From assembly GCA_051362555.1 (NCBI GenBank), contig CM120649.1:15328567-15392566 (forward strand): a stretch of 64,000 nt of DNA, read 5' to 3'. Shown here one piece after another: positions 49,825 through 61,000 of the stretch. Each line of letters starts with the position of its first letter. Within the stretch, counting starts at the first letter, position 1. The notes under the pieces were generated by a model. It did not search any database. It was not told where the DNA came from and was given only the letters and a program-made list of their open reading frames with translations. Source of the stretch: Lingula anatina. Lineage: Eukaryota; Animalia; Brachiopoda. The translations under genes were made by a program, and so were the position numbers.

Positions 49825-50200
49825 TAGAAGGTAAACATTTCGGAAGGAACAATAAACAAAGTTAAAGAACACAAAAAAATACACCTGCTAGTGTAGGTTA
49901 ATTGACCATTGTAAAGCCAATGCAGCTGCCGTTTGCCAGGATTGTTATTTTTCATTTGCTTTGCTGTATTGTGAAACGTGTGATGATTTAATACACAGCT
50001 TGGTTAAATCATCTACACCCAGAACCATCCCACTGCAACAAGGGACATTTGACTCTGACCAAGGTGACGATGATATTATACTTCCTATTGACGAAGATGA
50101 CCACTGTGCACCAAGCAGCGAGGAAGCGCCATTAACGACGCACGCTGTTGACGACACGGACAGAGAAACAGAAGAAGAAGAGGGGGAGCTACGTGGTCCG
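49825..50200 (+). pseudogene. B-box module 4 + acidic linker relic (copy at 60570-60945; split copy at 40130-40279 and 42342-42388)
   Basis: CRLIDHCKANAAAVCQDCYFSFALLYCETCDDLIH..IPLQQGT..QGD..THAVDDTDRETE versus copy B CRMRGHCKDLASLVCLDC..FCQTCDKFIH..LPVQQGT..QGD..TDAVD. Confidence 0.85.
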
Positions 50201-50280
50201 CTGATCCCAGCTATTCGCACCGTCCACTAAGAGCACTTACAAATCCCACCTTCGCAAAATTCTGCGCCGAGATAAAGTGT

Positions 50281-51102
50281 GTGCCCGTTCCTATCTCGTC
50301 CACAAATCTCTGCAGATATGCAGCGTATCGGGCTCGCACATGCGGCGTATCTACCCTTCGCCAGTACCTGAACATAGTTAGGATTATTCATTTGGAATTC
50401 GGGTTCCCAAACTGGGATGTTAAGGCTACCATCGGCGGGATAAAACGGCACAAACAGGACCTCAGCCAACAGAAATCACCAATACTCCCGTTCCACCTGC
50501 TCCAACTGCGTTCTACCCTTAATCTAAGCGACCTAGACCAGCTGCAGACGTGGGCAGCTTGCTTAACTGCGTTTTTCGGCATGCTCAGAGTCAGCAACTT
50601 CACAGCGAAATCGCAATCAGATCCGGGTCATTCTATCCTGCGGCGTGACGTGACTTTCACTAAGAGAGGGTGCACCATACGGGTGACTAAGTCAAAAACC
50701 AACCAGTTCGGCCAAAGAACTCACATCATCACCCTTCCTTTCATGCCAGGGAACACACTATGTCCTACTACAGCACTGACAGCTTTTTTCAAACTGTCGC
50801 TCGAGACGCCAGAATCAGCGCCCCTCTTCGCTACCCTAAAGGACGATACTACGGTCCACCTCACGTCTGCGAGCTTCCGCCATAGACTGACAAAATCCCT
50901 GGGAACAATAGGCCTTTCACCTACTGTCTATAATACCCACAGTTTGCGGAGAGGGGGGGCTACCTGGCTGCTGTCCGTGGGTACCCCCCTAGGGATGGTT
51001 AAATCAGTGGGTGACTGGTCAAGTGACGCTGTTTTTGAATATATTAAGCCCACCCCTGATATGAAATATGACACTATGCACAAGGCCATCAAACAAACTT
51101 AG
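50281..51102 (+). CDS. 5'-damaged copy of the Ngaro tyrosine recombinase, catalytic domain still open
   Basis: Near-identical to 43562-44524, with a frameshifting deletion at about 50255 and an in-frame loss of PLSS. Followed by a single B repeat (to about 51337). Confidence 0.75.
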   Translation: MPVPISSTNLCRYAAYRARTCGVSTLRQYLNIVRIIHLEFGFPNWDVKATIGGIKRHKQDLSQQKSPILPFHLLQLRSTLNLSDLDQLQTWAACLTAFFGMLRVSNFTAKSQSDPGHSILRRDVTFTKRGCTIRVTKSKTNQFGQRTHIITLPFMPGNTLCPTTALTAFFKLSLETPESAPLFATLKDDTTVHLTSASFRHRLTKSLGTIGLSPTVYNTHSLRRGGATWLLSVGTPLGMVKSVGDWSSDAVFEYIKPTPDMKYDTMHKAIKQT

Positions 51103-54100
51103 GCCGTCCCGGGTAACTACCCGTAATAAACTGTTTCAGACTTTAGTTTATAACTACTTTGGGTTGGGGTATAGTCGTTTCATCATCAGTAGGTTTTTAT
51201 ATACAGTTATTTTCCATTGTGTCAACCTTTTTTCTTTAAACGAATTGTTATACTATATATATTTCAATCGTATGTAGTTAGTCGTTTATTTATTTGCTTA
51301 AATAAACTCTGCAAGCCCGAAAGTGTGTTGGTTTTAATATCATTATTATTAGTATCATCATTTACTCTTAGAATAGTTTAAGGTATAAAAAAAATTGTGC
51401 GTATTAGTCCTCAATGTATCCATTATTATTATTATTTTTTTAAATATATATTAGTTAGATATATCTTTTTTTTTTGTCTCTATGTATACTTTATATTATT
51501 GTCTGTCATTTTTTTTCTGTTTCTCTCAGTATATGATCCTGTGTACCACTTCAGGTATCGATAATTAATTATTTTATTAGCTGACTTACAATTCTATAGT
51601 TAATCATTCTATTTTCTGCAATTAAAAAAAAAAAAGAATAGTGAGGAGTGTTTCAGGTGAGCTCCTTGAAGAAACTAACAAACATAAAAAAGATGATTAC
51701 TGTGGAATATGCAAATCCGAAGTAGAAAAAATCTGTTTGGACTGTGAGAACAAACTTTGTGCAAAATTTTTTTCGCAAACACGACAGAGAAGTCCATACA
51801 AATTTACAAACAACATTCCATCAGAAGATAAAATGAACAGACGAAACAATGACAAAAAGTTTATAAACCCAAAACATACACGTTGTAAAGTTAATATGAA
51901 TTTCGATTATATATTTTGACTTTATTTTAAATATTTTAATTTTATTTTTAATTTTGAAATTAGACCTAAGACAGAGTTTGTGTGGTTCTTTCTATTAATT
52001 GACTATCGGACAACAAGTGGATGGACAGCACTACCTTTGATCTCTGGGAACCAGTGGATGAGGGGTCACGCTCCTACGTCATTAGAAGGACAGTAACAAT
52101 TTCACTGAACACTTATTATACAATATGATAAATCAAAGTACCATTTAACTTTGCCAGAGGGGGACCGTCTGCATGTATAAAAGACTGATTTGGTGATGAT
52201 TTGACATATAGAGAGATAGAGACGAGATTTCAGTTCTAGTTCTGAATTGAGTTGAGCAAGTTTACTCTGTAGGGGAATACGACGCGGTCGCGTAGAGTCA
52301 ACTAGATATCAGGAAGGGGACAGTTAGCGTTAACAAGGACATGCACCGTCGGTATTACCCCGTTTAATGATTTTTTAAATTAATAAAAAACTTCACCAGT
52401 GACGTTGTGGTTTTCTTTGGTTCATTAAGCCCAAAAGACCCTGCCCCAACTTTTGCATAGCCAAACCATCATCGCGTTGTCCAAGAAGATTGAAAAGTAA
52501 AGGTACTATCTTTACAGTGGCTTAGCTCGCCAGGACCTAGGCTTAGTGAACGCGAAAAAGAAAGACCAGAAAAAAAAGTCTTAGGAACAGTTCCACGCAT
52601 TGATCGAGAACATCCCCCAACTGACGGAGCAGAGACACGTAGAGGCTGACAGACAAGGACTCCGATGGGCAGAAGAGAGGGAAAGACATTCTCTGCAAGA
52701 CTTATCAGATCTGGTTCATCCCTGCGATGGAACAGTCCCTTCCAAAATCCTTGAATAGATAGATCAGATGGAGAGAGCAATCTCCTGTGGCCATTGGCAA
52801 CATTACAAACTGTGCTACAAGGTTGGCACTGAAGACTAGCAGAGGTGCCCTAGCGGCGGAGGTCAATTATTGCCTTTGCCAACAAAATGATTACTATGGC
52901 ACAGGTAGGGTAACTCTAGGAGATCACATCCACCACTCGTTCCTGTCACCTTATAAGACAGCCTGTCTTCAGACGGAGATGGAGTAACTTTGGTATTGAT
53001 ATTATCATCATTATTATTAGTATCATCATTTACTCTTAGAATAGTTTAAGGTATAAAAAAATTGTGCGTATTAGTCCTCAATGTATCCATTATTATTATT
53101 ATTTTTTTAAATATATATTAGTTAGATATATATATATATATTTTTGTCTCTATGTATACTTTATATTATTGTCTTTGTCATTTTTTTTTTCTGTTTCTCT
53201 CAGTATATGATCCTGTGTGCCACTTCAGGTATCGATAATTATTTTATTAGTTGACTTACAATTCTATAGTTATCCATTCTATTTTCTGCAATTAAAAAAA
53301 AAAAAAAAGAAGAAGAACAGTGAGGAGTGTTTATATGGCATTTTACTGCTGTGCCACAGATGTGACCTGGGTTTAAACTCATTAAGAACTTTGTAGCCAA
53401 GGTCAAGGCAGTGGACATGAACGGTGTTGGTTTTGTACATGGATTGATTTAGTCAACACCACACAGAAGAATTCCAAAAAAATGGATGTCAGAGGAGCAA
53501 AGCATGTCATCTTATCTGACCCCTCCCTCCCCCAAGGTATCAAGAACCAGAAGGACAGAGATGACATTGTTCTGGGGCATGCTGCCAGACAGTATCTGAA
53601 CTTGTGCAAGGAGAACAAAACTGAAGAGCGTACTGACTTTTTCGACACAGTGGTAGATTTGTATATATAGTTTCCTTAGATAAGAATACAACAGATAACT
53701 GTAACAGCATGTTTCTTGTTTAGGGAATAATTTAAGCCACTGGACTTATTAATGATTGACTAGTGAGGAGTTAGATACTTCAATTTGTGAATATTTCTTT
53801 TCTAGAGAACTCTGTCCAGATGGGTCAGATTGACCACCACCAGACGGTCAGGAATCTTTGCATACAGAGATGTGGGCACCGATATGACCAAGACTGGAGG
53901 TAGATATGAGGGGTGGTCACATATTGATTACGTGTTCCTTGGGAAACTGCAACACTGCCACAGAGATAGTATGCCTCGACTGCTCATTCAGCCTCATCCC
54001 AAAGCTTTGCAACATTTGTTTAAAAAATCTGCACTAGAATTTGGTCTAAATTAATGCCATACCTTTAGAGGCATTCTATGGCGTCACAGGCCAAAGCAGA

Positions 54101-56786
54101 AAGTGGGAGCAGACATTATGGCTTTGTAGGCTAAAGACGTGGTTGTGGTAGATTATTCCAAATACCCTGAGACAAAAACAGCCAGGACCGTGTAATACTA
54201 CACTTAAAATCTACATTTGCAAGACATGGAATTCCTGAGACGATTGTCTCAGACAATATGCCATTTGAAAGTTATGACTTTATAAACTTTGCAATGGGGA
54301 ATAAACCAGGATACCTTGAGTCCCCACTATTCTCAGTCAAATGGACAGAGCTAGAGAACAGTTCAGACTATTAAGAAAATCTTAAAGAAATCTATGGGTG
54401 CTGGAAGAGACCCATACCTTGCCTTGGGGTATCATAATACTCCAATCTCAGGAATGGATTTTCCCCAGCTCAGATGAGAAGAAGCAGAGGTTTTCGGTTC
54501 TAAGTTACCAAGCTACTTGAACCGCAAGTAGTACTTCTGAAGCAGCAGATACATAGATGACAGCAGAGGTACAAAAGAATATATGATGAGGTACAAGAGA
54601 ATATATGACAGAAAAGCAAAGGAGTTGCCCAAGTTAACCCCAGGAGAATCCGTCGATCTTCAATGCCAGGGAGAATGGAAGCCAGCATCTGTTGTAAAGA
54701 GGGACGCACATCATCTGTTGTTAAGAGGGCGCACATCATCTGTCCTATGTAGTAAGCTGCAATGGTCATTCATTAAGGAGGAACAGAAGACACGAGCCAT
54801 AAGCTGCAGCGTATAAAAGAGTGCATAAAGATGGCTTAAAGCTTCAAACAACTTACACTTACACTTTTTTTTTGTGATTTGTGTGGACAATCAGGTTTCC
54901 AAGATAAGAAACACACAACAGAAAGCCAGCAATGTAAGTTATCATTGTTTGTTGGTAAAAGAAGTTCAACTTTCTTTTTTACAGTTAAAATTATTTTTTT
55001 TAATACTTCGTTTTTTCTTTTCTTAAATGACATTACTATTTTTATCATTAATATTATTACTTTTTTGTTTTTAGTTGGACATGTGTATCTGACGAGAACT
55101 TATCACTAAAAGCACACATGTGCAACACATGTTGCAAGCAAGTACACATAGGTGACAGGGCTGACCTCTCTCACCTGATGGGCAATCAGACAGCAGTGTC
55201 AGACGTTGGCATGGCCAAACCATCAATTGCGTTATCCAAGAACATTGAAAAGTAAAGGTACTATCTTTACAGTGGCTTAGCTCGCCAGGACCTGGGCTTA
55301 GTGAACACGAAAAAGAAATACCAGAAAAAAAGATGCCTCAGGAACAGTTTCATGCGTTGATCGAGAACAAATGCCAAGTGACAGAGCAGAGACAGGTGGA
55401 GGCTGACAGACAAGGACTCTGATGGGCGGAAGAGAAGGAGAGACATTCTCTGCAAGACTTATCAGATCTGTTTCATCCCTGCGATGGAACAGTCCCTTCT
55501 AAAACCCTTGAATGGATAGATCAGATGGAGAAAGTGATCTCCTGTGGCCACGGCAACATTACAAACTGTGCTACAAGGTTGGCCCTGAAGACTAGCAGAG
55601 GTGCCCTAGCAGCAGAGGTTGATTATTGCCTTTGCCAACAAAATGATTACTACGGCACAGGTGTGGTAACTCTACGAGATCACATCCACTACTCGTTCCT
55701 GTCACCTTATGAGGCAGCCTGTCTTCAGACAGAGATGGAGCAACTTTGGTATTGATATTATTATCATTATTATTAGTATCATCAGTTACTCTTAGAATAG
55801 TTTCAGGTAAAAAGAAATTGTGCGTATTAGTCCTCAATGTATCCATTATTATTATTTTTTTTTTAAATATATATTAGTTAGATATGTCTTTTTTTGTTTG
55901 TCTCTTATGTATAATTTTTATTATTGTCTTTGTTATTTTTTTTCTGTTTCTCTCAGTATATGATCCTGTATGCCACTTCAGGTATCGATAATTAATTATT
56001 TTATTAGTTGACTTACAATTGTATAGTTATTCATTCTATTTTCTGCAATAAAAAAAAAAGAATAGTGAGGAGTGTTTATATGGCATTTTACTGCTGTGCC
56101 ACAGATATGACCTGGGTTTAAACTCATTAAGAACTTTGTAGCCAATGTCAAGACAGTGTACATGAACGGTGTTGGTTTTGTACACGGATTGATTAAGTCA
56201 ACACCACACAGAAGAATTCCAATAAAATGGATGTCAGAGGAGCAAAGCATGTCATCTTATCGGACCTCTCCCTCCCCCAAGGTGTCAGAAGAACCAGAAG
56301 GACAGAGATGACATTGTTCTGGGGCATGCTGCAGTATCTGAACGGATACCAGTATTTCACGCTGTTAAGTTAATTACTACCAAGTGACACTGGTCGGATA
56401 CCAGTATAGCAAAACCTGATTGGACAACCTAGTCTCATTATGATCAGCCAATCAGAATCATAAGGAGTTCAGCTTCACCAAAAACAAAGAACACTCTCTC
56501 TCACTTCCTGAGAAATTTTCAACCTAGCAGTACATGCTCAGGAGAGAAGAGTTTTTAATGAATTTCATAAAGTTTCTTGAAGTTTTTCAGTACCACAAGG
56601 AATATCAAGCAAAACGCAAGTGTACCATAAAGAGGCGATCACCAGTTAATCAAATTCACAACAAGGGTGAGTACCTAAATTTTAGAACCTGTTTGAGTAT
56701 TTAAGCTCAAAGTTTAAGCTATTGCAGTATTTAGTGAATTTTGCATTCAGTTTACACAGAACTTGACTTGTCTCGCATTATTCAGA

Positions 56787-57321
56787 ATGGTTCACAAGGT
56801 TTTAGCACTGGGTCACTCATACATTCGTAGGTTAGGGCAAACTGTAGAAAATCTGCAAGAAGACTATTTTAATCTGGGTTTTGATGGGACTAGTGTACAA
56901 GTTGTCTGTCATGGCATAGGGGGAGGTGTAATTAGTAAGGGCCTTAAGTCTCTTAGAAATGAAATGCATATGTTAGCTAGCTATAACCCAGATGTAGTAT
57001 ACCTTCAAGTAGGAGGCAACAATTTGGCAAAGAAACATGGAAGCTGCACAGGAGGTATTGAAATTTGCTGAGGACTTGATCAGTTTCCCAAGCGTTACGT
57101 TAGTCATCATTGGACAACTGCTGCCACGTTATGTAGATACAGGGTCTTACAATGAAAAGGTAGTTAAAACAAATTTACATCTCAAAGCATATGCAAAAAG
57201 TCGCCCCAACATATATTTTTGGCATCACAGGGGTTTCTGGAAAGATTCACAGGGCATGTTTAGTAGAGATAGGGTACGTTTAAACTATTCAGGAATGCAA
57301 AGAGCGTACGTTGTGCCATAG
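56787..57321 (+). pseudogene. Frameshifted SGNH/GDSL hydrolase-like gene fragment
   Basis: ALGHSYIRRL, HGIGGG, PDVVYLQVGGNNL, frameshift at about 57035, IGQLLPR, DRVRLN (degenerate DGVHL). Upstream CCAAT boxes (about 56418 and 56448) and a GT-AG intron 56667-56785. Confidence 0.75.
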
Positions 57322-58045
57322 GAAAGGGCCTTGCAAAATTGTAGTAGCCAACAGAACCTTAGTTTAATTAAGCACTTTTAGTTTCAGTACTGCACTCTCA
57401 AGAGTAGAATTAACATTAAAAACACAGTTTACAGAGCCCGAATGGCCAGTGAGTTGAAAAGTATTTGGCATGGACTGAAATATAATCAAAATTTCCCAAT
57501 ACTTTTGTTTTTTCATTAAGATTCGGTGGGATCTTAAAGTTCTGAATTGGCTTTCCAACCATGTCACTTCAAGAGGAAATAGAAAGACAGCTTCATTTAA
57601 TTGAAGAATTAGATAGAAACATTGAACAATGTGCGTTGTATTTTATTTTTAATTTGTATATATAGTATCCATAGATAAGAATACAAAAGATAACTGTAAC
57701 AGCATGTTTCTTGTTTAGGGAATAATTTAAGCTACTGGACTTATTAATGATCGAATAGTGAGGAGTTAGATACTTCACTTTGTGAATATTTCTTTTCTAG
57801 AGAACTCCATCCAGATGGGTCAGACTGTCCACCAAGAGACCATCACCAGACGGTCAGGAATCTTTGCATACAGAGAGTTTGGCCCTGGGGGAATTATGTA
57901 TGACTGTTCATTCAACATCATCCCGAAGCTTTGTGACAAATGTTTACCATATCTGCACTCGGTGCCATTATATGGCATTTTACTGCTGTGCCACAGATGT
58001 GACCTGGGTTTGAACTCGTTTAGAACTTCTAGCCAATGTCAATGC

Positions 58046-61000
58046 AGTGTACATGTGCGATGTTGGTTTTGTACATGGATTGATTAAGTCAACACCACAC
58101 AAAAATTCCAATAAAATGGATGTCAGAGGAGCAAAGCATGTCATCTTATCTGACCCCTCCCTCCCTCAAGGTGTCAGAAGAACCAGAAGGACAGAGATGA
58201 CATTGTCCTGGGACATGCTGCCAGACAGTATCTGAACTTGTGCAAGGAGAACAAAACTGAAGAGCATACAGACTTTTTCGACACAGTCGTAGATTTGTAT
58301 ATATAGTTTCCTTAGATAAGCATACAACAGATAACTGTAACAGCATGTTTCTTGTTTAGAGAATAATTTAAGCCACTGGACTTATTAATGATTGACTAGT
58401 GAGGAGTTAGATACTTCAATTTGTGAATATTTCTTTTCTAGAGAACCCTGTCCAGATGGGTCAGACTGACCACCAAGTGACCACCACCAGACGGTCAGGA
58501 ATCTTTGCATACAGAGATGTGGGCACCGATATGACCAAGACTGGAGGTAGATATGAGGGGTGGTCACATATTGATTACGTGTTCCTTGGGAAACTGCAAC
58601 ACTGCCACAGAGATAGTATGCCTCGACTGCTCATTCAGCCTCATCCCAAAGCTTTGCGACATTTGTTTAAAAAATCTGCACTAGAATTTGGTCTAAATTA
58701 ATGCCATACCTTTAAAGGCATTCTATGGCATCACAGGCCAAAGCAGAAAGTGGGAGCAGACATTATGGCTTTGGAGGCTAAAGACGTGGTTGTGGTAGAT
58801 TATTCCAAATACCCTGAGACAAAAACAGTCAGGACCGTGTAATACTACACTTAAAATCTACATTTGCAAGACATGGAATTCCTGAGACGATTGTCTCAGA
58901 CAATATGCCATTTGGCAGTTATGACTTTATAAACTTTGCAAGAGAAAGGGGAATAAACCAGGATACCTCGAGTCCCCACTATTCTCAGTCAAATGGACAG
59001 AGCTAGAGAACAGTTCAGACTATTAAGAAAATCTTAAAGAAATCTATAGGTACTGGAAGAGACCCATACCTTGCCTTGGGGTATCGTAATACTCCAATCT
59101 CAGGAATGGATTTTCCCCAGCTCAGATGTGAAGGAGCAGAGGTTTTCGGTTCTAAGTTACCAAGCTACTTGAACTGCAAGTAGTACTTCTGAAGCAGCAG
59201 ATACATAGACGACAGCAGAGGTACAAAAGAATATATGACGAGGTACAAGAGAATATACGACAGAAAAGCAAAGGAGTTACCCAAGTTAACCCCAGGAGAA
59301 TCAGTCAATCTTTAATACCAGGGAGAATGGAAGCCAGCATCTGTTGTAAAGAGGGATGCACATCATCTGTTGTAAAGAGGGACGTACATCATCTGTTGTA
59401 AAGAGGGATGCACATCCTCGGTCCTATGTACACTGTAGTAAGCTACAATGGTCATTCATTAAGGAGGAACAGAAGACAAGAGCCATACGCTAAAGCATAT
59501 AAAAGAGTGAATAAAGATGGCTAAAAGCTTCAAACAATTTACACTAACACTTTTTTTGTGATTTGTGTGGACAATCAGGTTTCCAAGATAAGAAACACAC
59601 AACAGAAAGCCAGCAATGTAAGTTATCATTGTTTGTTGATAGAAGAAAGTTCAACTTTCTTTATTACAGTTAAAATTATTTTTTTTAATACTTCGTTTTC
59701 TTTTCTTAAATGACATTACTATTTTTATTATTAATATTATTACTTTTTTGTTTTTAGTTGGACATGTGTATCTGACGAGAACTTATCACTAAAAGCACAC
59801 ATCTGCAACACATGTAACAATGAAGTGCACATAGGTGACAGGGCTGGTCACCTGATGGGCAATCAAACAGCAGTGTCAGACGTTGGCATGGCCAAACCAT
59901 CAATTGCGTTATCCAAGAACATTGAAAAGTAAAGGTACTATCTTTACAGTGGCTTAGCTCGCCAGGACCTGGGCTTAGTGAATGGGGAAAAAGAAATACC
60001 AGAAAAAAAAAAAGATGCCTCAGGAACAGTTTCACGCGTTGATCGAGAACATATGCCAACTGACGGAGCAGAGACAGGTGGAGGCTGACAGACAAGGACT
60101 CTGATGGGCGGAAGAGAGGGAGAGACATTCTCTGCAAGACTTATCAGATCTGTTTCATCCCTGCGATGGAACAGTCCCTTCTAAAACCCATGAATGGATA
60201 GATCAGATGGAGAGAGCGATCTCCTGTGGCCACGGCAACATTACAAACTGTGCTAAAAGGTTGGCCCTGAAGACTAGCAGAGGTGCCCTTTGCCAACAAA
60301 ATTATTACTACGACACAGGTTGGGTAACTCTCCGAGATCACATCCACCTCTCGTTCCTGTCACCTTACAAGACAGCCTGTCTTCAGACGGAGACAGAGTA
60401 ATTATGGTATTGATATTATTATCATCAGTTACTCTTAGAATAGTTTAAGGTATAAAGAAATTGTGCCTATTAGTCCTCAACGTATCCATTATTATTATTA
60501 TTTTTTTAAATATATATTAGTTAGATATGTCTTTTTTTTTTGTCTCTATGTATACTTTATATTATTAGGTAGAAGGTAAACATTTCGGAAGGAACAATAA
60601 ACAAAGTTAAAGAACACAAAAAAATACACCTGCTAGTGTAGGTTAATTGACCATTGTAAAGCCAATGCAGCTGCCGTTTGCCAGGATTGTTATTTTTCAT
60701 TTGCTTTGCTGTATTGTGAAACGTGTGATGATTTAATACACAGCTTGGTTAAATCATCTACACCCAGAACCATCCCACTGCAACAAGGGACATTTGACTC
60801 TGACCAAGGTGACGATGATATTATACTTCCTATTGACGAAGATGACCACTGTGCACCAAGCAGCGAGGAAGCGCCATTAACGACGCACGCTGTTGACGAC
60901 ACGGACAGAGAAACAGAAGAAGAAGAGGGGGAGCTACGTGGTCCGCTGATCCCAGCTATTCGCACCGTCCACTAAGAGCACTTACAAATCCCACCTTCGC

